This document shows positions 1-7,919 of a DNA stretch of 64,000 bases, one piece after another (position 1 is the stretch's first letter; every line of letters starts with the position of its first letter). This stretch comes from Thermoplasmata archaeon (GTDB taxonomy: Archaea > Thermoplasmatota > Thermoplasmata > Lutacidiplasmatales > UBA184), in the NCBI GenBank assembly GCA_021796385.1, contig JAJYXQ010000043.1:137652-201651 (forward strand). Reading direction: 5' to 3'. The notes under the pieces were generated by a model. It did no database searches. It was not told where the DNA came from and worked only from the letters and a program-made list of their open reading frames with translations. The position numbers were made by a program, and so were the translations under genes.

Positions 1-98
1 GAGGGTAGAAGGGAGCCATCTGGGGGGAAAGTAGCTGCTCCCGCGAGGACTGAACAAAACAAAACCGCCGATACTCCGATGGCAGTGACCGCCCGCAT
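1..98 (-). CDS. Putative secreted protein, N-terminal fragment only (runs off window)
   Basis: Manual translation from ATG at 98: MRAVTAIGVSAVLFCSVLAGAATFPPDGSLLP..., signal-peptide-like; not in ORF track because truncated. Confidence 0.4.
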   Translation of the reverse strand, partial: MRAVTAIGVSAVLFCSVLAGAATFPPDGSLLP

Positions 99-408
99 CT
101 GGTTGCGGGGGCAGAGTAACCGTGCGCGGAATGTCCCAATTCGTAGGTGCGCAACTTTGGAGTACACGGGTAACCTTGGTAACATGCTGAAAAGTATGGC
201 AGACACCATCACAATTGTGGAGGCGGTGAGACTCAGGTGAGGGATATTGTATCTGGCCGCAACCGTTTCCTGAAGCGCTAGGTTCACAGGCTTTACCCTT
301 TAATAAACGGAGGCGCCCCCTCATATTTATATGTAAAGAGTTGCAGGGCCATAGGGTTGTAGGCGAACTTCTCGCAGGCACAAAGGCGAGTTGCTCCCAG
401 CACCTAGG

Positions 409-467
409 GTTTTGTCTCAGGAGAGAATATAGAGTCACCCCAGTGCGAGTTTTGTCTCAGAATATAG
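409..467. repeat. Short direct repeat pair in intergenic region
   Basis: GTTTTGTCTCAG at 409-420 and 449-460 (40-nt period), each accompanied by AGAATATAG (424-432, 459-467). Confidence 0.6.
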
Positions 468-494
468 TCTCAAGCCCAAGCCTTACTCGAATGT

Positions 495-1520
495 CTATCT
501 TCGGCTCCGGGGCGAAATCCAGTCCCGAAGTCCATCGGAGATGAGGATGACGGAAAGGCCGAAGATGGTGATCCAAACCGCAGGGATGGCCGCTCCCCAC
601 CAATACGGTCCGAACGGCGCCCCCGCTTGAGGGGAGATCGCACCGAAGTAAACTATCCCCGCGCTCAGCGTGCTCCCCCAATCGGGATAGTTGAACGTCG
701 GGACCACCGGAGCCACGGCAGAAACGTTCGTTCGGTACATGCGACACTCAGTACCGGCCGTCGAGTTCTCGTAGTAGGTAACGAACTGGGAAGCAATGAT
801 AAAAGCCAAAATCAGAGCCACTGAGATGGGAATCTGGGCGAGGGCGGGAGAGAGGCTGTTCGGGAGGATATGCCGGATCATCAGTTGTGGCGTAGAGGCG
901 CCCGACGCCCGGGCGGACTCGACGAACGCCATCTGCCGGTTCCGTAGCGCTTCTCCCCGCACTACCCGGGCGAAGGGAGCCCACATCACTCCGACCATTG
1001 AGACCACAAACACATCAGGCCCCTGCGCCGTTGTCAGATGGGGAAGAACGATAACCACGACCAAGATGACGAAGATGAAATAGGGTATGGAAAGCAGCAT
1101 GTCCGTGATCGACATGAGGATGGAGTCCACCCTGCCACCATACGTTCCCGCGACGAGGCCGACCCCTAATCCGATGACCGCGGCCGAAAGGGATATCGAG
1201 CCGATCAAGAACAGGTCCCAACGAGAACCTGCGATCAACCCTTGCGCTACCCCGAACCCAAGATAGGCGGTCTGCCCGAGCGGATGGGGTCCAAGGGAAA
1301 AGGGAATCAGAGAAAGGGTGGGGCCCGAAGGCGCGGAACAGTGCGCGATAAGATTGGGGTCTATGGCCATTGCCGTTAGGTGCTTGGGGTAGAGATAGGG
1401 TGCAGCCATGGCTGCCGCGACAAAGCATAAGAGCAAGCCGAAGCCGGCCGAAAAGGTAGGTTGGGAAAAGAGATCGAGAAGTGATGACAGGAGAACGGAC
1501 TTCCGTGCCAAATGGTTCAT
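495..1520 (-). CDS. ABC peptide/nickel transporter permease, DppC/OppC family (paralogue 2)
   Basis: HPLGQT loop, multiple TM helices, EAA loop FVESARASGAS..LMIRHILPN, C-terminal ISDGLRDW. Confidence 0.9.
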   Translation of the reverse strand: MNHLARKSVLLSSLLDLFSQPTFSAGFGLLLCFVAAAMAAPYLYPKHLTAMAIDPNLIAHCSAPSGPTLSLIPFSLGPHPLGQTAYLGFGVAQGLIAGSRWDLFLIGSISLSAAVIGLGVGLVAGTYGGRVDSILMSITDMLLSIPYFIFVILVVVIVLPHLTTAQGPDVFVVSMVGVMWAPFARVVRGEALRNRQMAFVESARASGASTPQLMIRHILPNSLSPALAQIPISVALILAFIIASQFVTYYENSTAGTECRMYRTNVSAVAPVVPTFNYPDWGSTLSAGIVYFGAISPQAGAPFGPYWWGAAIPAVWITIFGLSVILISDGLRDWISPRSRR

Positions 1521-1680
1521 CGAACACCGTCCTTCATGGACTCACGAGTTGATTTGAATTCCGTTGGCGCGGGTAAAGTGGTACCTAAACTACGCCTTCC
1601 TCGGAAGGTCGATGGGGGCGAGAAGGAAGATCCCCCGCCGGGGAGACCCTTTCTGGAGGAAAAAGCGTGCATCTTTTCCG

Positions 1681-2706
1681 CTACTTCCTTGCCTTCGGGG
1701 AAAGCCAATCCCGGACCCCATCGGAAATGAGGACGATGGAGAGACCGAACATAGCGATCCAGACGCCGGGAAACAGCGCCCCCCACCAATAGACCCCGAA
1801 CGGATGGTCGGGTTGCGGGAGCCATCCGCCCGTAAAGGCGAGCCCGGCACTCAAGATGCCCCCCCACTCCGGGTAATTGAAGCGAGGCACCACGGGAGCC
1901 AGGGACGAAAGACCGGAGCCCATCGTAGAGCAGCTCGTTCCTCCGGACGTGATGATCGCCGTGGTGATGAACTGCGAGGTGATTATAAACGTGAGCGTCA
2001 GAGCGACGGTGACCGGTACCTGGGCAAGCGCCGGGGAAGCGCTGTTGGGGAGGATGTGGTGGAGCAGGATGCGGCCGGAGGAGGCGCCCGAGGCCTTGGC
2101 CGACTCCACATAGGTCGTCGTCCGTACGCGACTTGCTTCCCCACGAACGACCCGCGTGAAAGGGGCCCACATCACGCCATTCATGGCCCCTATGAAAACG
2201 TAAGGCCCCTCGGTCGGGGGAACTCGGGGAAGCGCGATAACGAACACGAGGATGACGAGAACGAAATAGGGAACCGAAAGGAAAGCGTCCGTGACCATCA
2301 TCACCACCCTGTCCACCCACCCCCCATATGTCCCCGAAGTGAGTCCGAGAAAGGTTCCTATCACGGTGGAGGGTACGGTGATGGCCGAGATCAGGAAAAG
2401 ATCCCACCGGGAACCGGCGATGAGCCCCTGGGCCACTCCGAAACCCATGTACTCGGTCTGGCCCAAAGGGTGATCCCCAACGGAGAAAGGGAAAAACTGA
2501 AGGGTGGGGCCCTGCGGGGCGGAACAGTGCACTAACAAGGCGGTGTCGACCGGGATCGCCGTCAGTGTCCGGGGATATAGAAACGGTGCGACCATCGCCG
2601 TTGCCACATAGAAGGAAAGAAGGGTCACTCCGGCCAAAAAGGGCGGCCGGCGCAGAAGCGACCGCAGCGATTCGGACCAGGCTTGGTAACGAGTAGAGGT
2701 GGCCAC
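1681..2706 (-). CDS. ABC peptide/nickel transporter permease, DppC/OppC family (paralogue 1)
   Basis: C-terminal 341 aa of ORF 1681..3792; GTG at 2706 overlaps upstream TAG and follows GGAGG; HPLGQT, YVESAKASGAS..HILPN, DGVRDW. Confidence 0.88.
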   Translation of the reverse strand: MATSTRYQAWSESLRSLLRRPPFLAGVTLLSFYVATAMVAPFLYPRTLTAIPVDTALLVHCSAPQGPTLQFFPFSVGDHPLGQTEYMGFGVAQGLIAGSRWDLFLISAITVPSTVIGTFLGLTSGTYGGWVDRVVMMVTDAFLSVPYFVLVILVFVIALPRVPPTEGPYVFIGAMNGVMWAPFTRVVRGEASRVRTTTYVESAKASGASSGRILLHHILPNSASPALAQVPVTVALTLTFIITSQFITTAIITSGGTSCSTMGSGLSSLAPVVPRFNYPEWGGILSAGLAFTGGWLPQPDHPFGVYWWGALFPGVWIAMFGLSIVLISDGVRDWLSPKARK

Positions 2707-5411
2707 TACGACCCTCCATCGGAACCCGCCGAGATCCGGGGATCCAGCCACCGTACCAAAAGGTCTGCGATGGCATTCGTGAACACCACAGCGATCGTGA
2801 AGAGGTACACCAGCGCGGCCAAGGACGACGGGCTGACCGACCCGGTAAGAGCATCCCACGCTGAGGTGCCCAATCCCACATCGGCAAAGACCACCTGCAC
2901 CACGGTCAGGGTGATGAGGAAGGCGCCGAACGTCGTGGAGAAAGCGGAGACGTAAAGCGGGAGCGAGCGGCGGGCCGCATGCTTCCAGAGCAACGCGCGC
3001 TCTGAAACGCCTCGGGAGCGGGCGGCGACCACATCCGGCTGCTCGGCGGATTCCGCCGACGACGTCCGAAGATACCGAAGGTAGATCGATGAGTAGATGA
3101 GTGCGATGACCGAGGCTTGGAGAAGCGTTCCCGCGGCGATGTACGCCTCGAGGAACCACGCCCCATGCCAGGCTGCGTCTATGAGGGGAAAACCCGTAGG
3201 GGAGGTCGTCATGTAGGGACTGACCCACCTCGGGATCCCTCCCATGTTGGAATCGTACCAGGAAGCGCTCTGCGGCATCAGGCCAAACACCGAGGAAAAG
3301 CTTCCGAACAAACCGATCCAAAGCGCATAGAACCAGCCGACGAAATAGAGGGAGAGCAGAATCGTGGGCCAAAAGAGACCGAGGGCGGAGTACACGCGGG
3401 TCGAGTTGTCGAGGGCATGTCCCCGCTTCCACCCCGAAGCCAGTCCCAAGGGATACGAAATGAGCACGCTGAGGGCCAGGCTGACCAGTCCGAGCTCCAG
3501 TGTAGGAGCGACCAGAGTCACGATGGGCAAGGTAAGGCTCCCCCCGATGGTGTACGGGAGGGGTTGCTGAAGCCAGGCTCCAGTGAAGAACGTGTAAAGA
3601 TAACCCCCAAAGCTTGTGAGCTGACCGATGACCGTGACGTTCGTTCCGATGGTTGGTACGAGAACCACGAGGACGAAGACGATCCCCACTACCAGAACGA
3701 GGCGAGAAAGTGTCTCCAAAGCCACCCGAAGGAGAGGGGTACCGAACCCACGCCAGCGATGGAACGAAGGTGAGGACCGGTATTCTTCCCACCGAAGGGA
3801 TAGCTCCTCCCGGAGCTCGAGGGAGAACCTCCGGATCTCCCTATGCTTTGCCAATCGGAAGAGCGCGCTCCCAAGCCACCGTGGGAAGGAGACCGCGGTC
3901 GGGAAGGAGAAGCCCGAAAGGACGGCCCTACGGTCCTTCCGGCTCCGAACGCCCCGATCGACCCAGGCAAATGCACCCAGGGAGAACAGCCCAACAACGA
4001 TCCAGAGAAGGCCCAGCCACAGCCACGGTATCGGGGGCGGTGGAGACGGAGCGATCGGGGCAGGGAACACCGCGACCTCCACAGCGTTCGACACTTGGTT
4101 ACCCTGGGAATCGGTCACGGTCAAGGTGACGGAGAACTGGGTGGAGAGATTGACACGGAACGTATGCCGGACGACCGGTCCATAGCCATACCCCTCGGTT
4201 GGGCCAAAGCCCCAAGTGTAGTTGTAGGGAGGAAAACCCCCTGAGGGGGACGCCGAGAACTCCACGGTCAGCGGCGATGTACCACTAAGGGTGGAGGCTG
4301 TGATACTGAACCGTATTCCCCCGGGGGTTCCACCCATGGGAACAAAGAGCTCCCACGGAACGATGGTCGAATAATGGAAAGGTACTCCTCCGAACAGGAT
4401 GAACAGGTTCGGACGGATAGAAGGGGTCGGGACCAAGGAGGCTCCTCCGGTCGGCGGTGGTGTGTCCGCCTTGGGAGTGAATAGCGGAGTCAGGTTCTGC
4501 CAGGTACCATTCAGGAAGGTCCAGGTGTCGTTGAGCACACCCTCCTTTCCGAAGCCACCATAGAGAAGGGGATAACCTCCCGCAGTTGCGCTTGATGCGC
4601 TGTCATATCTTGGGGATGGAGCTTGGGCGAGAGGGAGTTGCGACCATGATTCGTTCTGGAAGATCCAAGTGTCGTTCCATAGCGTGGTTCCATTGGTGCC
4701 CCCGAACAAGTACGCTTGGAATGTTGTCGGGTTGTAGCTGAAGGCCGCACCCCAACGAGCGGCCGGGACACGGGGAAGGGTGAGCTCAGACCAGACGCCC
4801 CCTTGGAAAACCCAGGTCTCACTGCTGGGCGCTCCCCCCGCCGTCTCTCCGCCAAACAGGACAAGGCCGTTCACGCTGGAGTCCCACACCATCGATGCAA
4901 AGGCAAGGGGCGGCGGGGCATGGGAAATTGGCATCCTCGACCATGCGTCCAGCGAAGCGTTGTAAAACCAAGTATCGTTGAAGAACGTGACGTTGTTCTT
5001 GCCCCCGAAGAGTACGGCACCTCCCAACAAGGGGTCTGTCGCAAGGGCCGCACCCTCCCGAGCACTGGGACCAATGGTGGGCACCGGAAACCATGTCAGG
5101 GCGGATTCTGACTCGGAAAAGACCCAAGTGTCATTACAGAACCCTCCGCATCCGATCCCACCAAAAAGGAGCCCCTTGGCAGGGGTCCCACCTAACCAAG
5201 TGGTGCTGGCGTTCGAACGGGCGCTCACGTTATAGACCGCCTGTAACGGAGGCTGGGACCATATCGGTGGAGGACCCGTCGACGGAACGACCGATCGGGA
5301 GCTATCCGCAAGGCTGACCCCGGGCAATCCCGCCAAGAGAAAGGCCGCAACGATGGCTAGCCAGAACAGGCTGCCGAACGATCGGTTACAAAAACCAATC
5401 CGCTTGGCCAT
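2706..5411 (-). CDS. Signal peptide + Kelch-repeat propeller + PKD domain fused to DppB/OppB-type ABC permease
   Basis: Repeated R.GA.....LFGG....NDTW units; PKD-like VEFSASPSGGFPPYNYTWGFG; permease part with PTLELGL, EAA loop VVAARSRGVSERALLWKHA and NAIADLLVRWLDPRI. Confidence 0.85.
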   Translation of the reverse strand: MAKRIGFCNRSFGSLFWLAIVAAFLLAGLPGVSLADSSRSVVPSTGPPPIWSQPPLQAVYNVSARSNASTTWLGGTPAKGLLFGGIGCGGFCNDTWVFSESESALTWFPVPTIGPSAREGAALATDPLLGGAVLFGGKNNVTFFNDTWFYNASLDAWSRMPISHAPPPLAFASMVWDSSVNGLVLFGGETAGGAPSSETWVFQGGVWSELTLPRVPAARWGAAFSYNPTTFQAYLFGGTNGTTLWNDTWIFQNESWSQLPLAQAPSPRYDSASSATAGGYPLLYGGFGKEGVLNDTWTFLNGTWQNLTPLFTPKADTPPPTGGASLVPTPSIRPNLFILFGGVPFHYSTIVPWELFVPMGGTPGGIRFSITASTLSGTSPLTVEFSASPSGGFPPYNYTWGFGPTEGYGYGPVVRHTFRVNLSTQFSVTLTVTDSQGNQVSNAVEVAVFPAPIAPSPPPPIPWLWLGLLWIVVGLFSLGAFAWVDRGVRSRKDRRAVLSGFSFPTAVSFPRWLGSALFRLAKHREIRRFSLELREELSLRWEEYRSSPSFHRWRGFGTPLLRVALETLSRLVLVVGIVFVLVVLVPTIGTNVTVIGQLTSFGGYLYTFFTGAWLQQPLPYTIGGSLTLPIVTLVAPTLELGLVSLALSVLISYPLGLASGWKRGHALDNSTRVYSALGLFWPTILLSLYFVGWFYALWIGLFGSFSSVFGLMPQSASWYDSNMGGIPRWVSPYMTTSPTGFPLIDAAWHGAWFLEAYIAAGTLLQASVIALIYSSIYLRYLRTSSAESAEQPDVVAARSRGVSERALLWKHAARRSLPLYVSAFSTTFGAFLITLTVVQVVFADVGLGTSAWDALTGSVSPSSLAALVYLFTIAVVFTNAIADLLVRWLDPRISAGSDGGS

Positions 5412-5421
5412 CCCGACATCC

Positions 5422-5976
5422 TCAGCGGGGTTGGTTTATCAAGGAGTTTGCTCGTACCGGTCGACATCGGTACAACCAATCCTCCCGGAAGGCCATGTCC
5501 CGGGGCAATCGATGGAACCATCGGACCTCGGATATCTCGTCGGGGACCAGGGAACGTGGCTTACCCGATCGCCACTGGGCCACGTATTGGAAGATGTCGA
5601 AGCGAAGAGGGGAGTCGCCTTGCTTGGGAGAGGTGTACGAGTTCCGGTAGACTTTCCACAGGCGCAAACCCTGAACACGGACCCCCGCCTCTTCATGTAT
5701 CTCTCGGTGGATGGCCCGTTGCGGCGTCTCCCTAGGTTCGACACCACCGCCCGGTGTCATCCACTGACGGGACCAGCCGTTCTCCCGATGCTGACGGACG
5801 AGGAGCACTCGATGGCGGTCGTCTTCCACGCGGGCGGCGACCCCTTGGACGATCCCCTGCGCGATACGGACCCTCAGCCGATCATACGCCAACTGGGTCA
5901 CAGGACATTCCCGAAAGATCTCTCGGGCAGAGAAGGTCTCAGGATTGCTTAGCTTACCGGGGGATAACTTCGACAT
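5422..5976 (-). CDS. NUDIX hydrolase
   Basis: Nudix box GGGVEPRETPQRAIHREIHEEAG; start uncertain. Confidence 0.85.
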   Translation of the reverse strand: MSKLSPGKLSNPETFSAREIFRECPVTQLAYDRLRVRIAQGIVQGVAARVEDDRHRVLLVRQHRENGWSRQWMTPGGGVEPRETPQRAIHREIHEEAGVRVQGLRLWKVYRNSYTSPKQGDSPLRFDIFQYVAQWRSGKPRSLVPDEISEVRWFHRLPRDMAFREDWLYRCRPVRANSLINQPR

Positions 5977-6199
5977 CCTATCGTTCAAACGGTGGCAACA
6001 CCGGATTCAAATGTCCCCCAAATATCCGAACGGTTAGGCGACTGGGAATACCGGAGCTTAGCATGATTCCGTATCTTTGCCCAGGTTAACGAGGTATATG
6101 TACTCACTTCGCAACTTCGGTGCAAATATGCGGTCAACAGTATTGTCCTGTGCCAGCACCCCGATGGTCTTGTCGTCATCCAGTCGAGTGGGGGAACGT

Positions 6200-6609
6200 T
6201 CGGGAACTATTATGCCTGCTTAATCACCGTCATGATCTATGAGTTCGGGCATGAACTTGGCTTAGCTCCCTTAATCGGGGCAGCGGAGAACGAAGACCCG
6301 ACTCATCCGGGCCATCCGACTGATCCGAACGATGTAATGTACTGGGAGGTAGACTCGACTGCGTTGGTTGGGCTCTTAGGTGGAGGGGCTTCACCGAACC
6401 AGTTCGATGCTACCGAGCTTTCAAACCTCAACACCGTTTGGGCCTGCCCGATCTTTCAGGAGATCACCCTGGCGGTCATGTTGAGCCTATTTTGGATGGA
6501 TTCACCGCACCTCGCTGCGAACTACTGGAGATTCCGGCGGAGGCAGCGCAAGGGGGATTTCGCCAAGGAGGGACCCCCTCATCCCATGATTTCACAAGGG
6601 AAGGATTAG
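6200..6609 (+). pseudogene. Degraded zinc metalloprotease (metzincin-like) C-terminal remnant
   Basis: MIYEFGHELGL...HPGH....DVMYW: first zinc His is Tyr, Met-turn retained; no N-terminal part; AT-richer context. Confidence 0.5.
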
Positions 6610-6670
6610 GCGTGGGATGGACTAGTTGGCGCTCCGAGGCTACTCGATCGGAGCTGGAAGTGCTAAGTAC

Positions 6671-7252
6671 CTATCGCACGGCCTCGTAATGGAGCAAGAG
6701 CTCCCCATCCTCACCATGCTTGAGTTCAAGGAACTTTAGAGTATTCTGATCTTTCATGGAACCCCAGTAACGGGGACCCTTTCCATAGACCACGGGCATC
6801 ACAAAGAACCAATAGTCATCCGCAAGTCTGCGCTTGAGAACCTCTTGGACCAGACGGGGACCGCCCTCAAGGATGATGTTGCCTCCCTTTTCTCGTCTCA
6901 AGTCAGCCAGTATCTGAGCGAGATCACCCTTCATGATCCTTGAGTTCTCCCAAGCGGGATCCTTCAGCTTGTGCGAAAGGCAGACCTTGTCGACCCGGTC
7001 GAGAAAATGGGAGTAGTCGAACTGAAACTTGGGGTCACCCGGCCTGCGGGCTTTTCCCGACCACACACGCCGGTGACCGAGGAAGGACCTCCGACCCATG
7101 ATCACAGTCGAGACGTCGTCATACCGCGATATCCACATGTGCCGAAACAGTGCATTCGCCTTTGGGGTTGGACGATCAGAACCGGGATACGTTGGGAATG
7201 CGCCGCGTCCGTCTAGGGTCATGTACACATTTGCGGTGATCTTGCGCGCCAT
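6671..7252 (-). CDS. Dihydrofolate reductase / RibD C-terminal family protein
   Basis: MTLDG, VIMGRRSF, IILEGGPRL, DDY...MPVVYGKG motifs. Confidence 0.85.
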   Translation of the reverse strand: MARKITANVYMTLDGRGAFPTYPGSDRPTPKANALFRHMWISRYDDVSTVIMGRRSFLGHRRVWSGKARRPGDPKFQFDYSHFLDRVDKVCLSHKLKDPAWENSRIMKGDLAQILADLRREKGGNIILEGGPRLVQEVLKRRLADDYWFFVMPVVYGKGPRYWGSMKDQNTLKFLELKHGEDGELLLHYEAVR

Positions 7253-7629
7253 GGTAACGCAGTTCACATGGACACTCCATAAGTACTTTGATTTTACCCA
7301 ATTGCAATGGGAGACCGTTCCCGCGCCAGATGACTTCCTTGACGAGCCCTGTCAATGGGCCTCGGTTGAGCAAGCGTGTTCGGCACAGACCTTTGGAAAT
7401 CAAGTGGTAGTGTACAAAAGCATGGGCTACAAAGGGGAGAAACCGTCCTTCAAAAGTCTTGAGAAGACGGGAACGAAGCGAGCGTGGTTCCCACCATGAA
7501 CGCATCTTGAGATCGGACAGGAGGCGCTAATGAGGGCCGAGAAAACTGACGTGAATCCCCATCTTCGGGATCTCAATTTGAGCCGGGGCAGTATAAAAGG
7601 GGAAGTTATAGTTGTATTACCGGGCGGGA

Positions 7630-7704
7630 TAGCGGGGCATGGATTTGAACCATGGATCTACGGGTTATGAGCCCGTCGGGATGACCTGACTACCCTACCC
7701 CGCT
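7630..7704 (-). tRNA. Initiator tRNA-Met (CAT)
   Basis: AGCGGGG..CCCCGCT-A acceptor with A1:U72, anticodon arm ACGGG-CT-CAT-AA-CCCGT with three G:C pairs, GGTTCAAATCC T-arm; TTAAATA about 25 nt upstream. Confidence 0.97.
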
Positions 7705-7919
7705 GCGTGGCGGTGGACTGCGTGAAGGTATTTAAGTTGAAGAGTGTTCCCACCGCACTTTTGACCACTTTGGTCCCGATTCACTGGACGAACCTCACCC
7801 CACCAACGCGGCGTTTAAACCGGCGACCACCACCCTGCTGACCCAAATCGGCCTTTCTGGACGCTCGCATGGGAGCCCCTACCGAAATAGGTTTTACACT
7901 CTTCGTCGTGACCTGCGCC

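Noticed and set aside
386-474. Possible mini-CRISPR array
   Set aside because: Only two 12-nt repeats, too short, and no cas genes in the window
1681-3792. 703-aa ORF as a single long protein
   Set aside because: The first ~360 aa overlap the DppB fusion in another frame and look like GC-rich shadow; the real gene starts at GTG 2706
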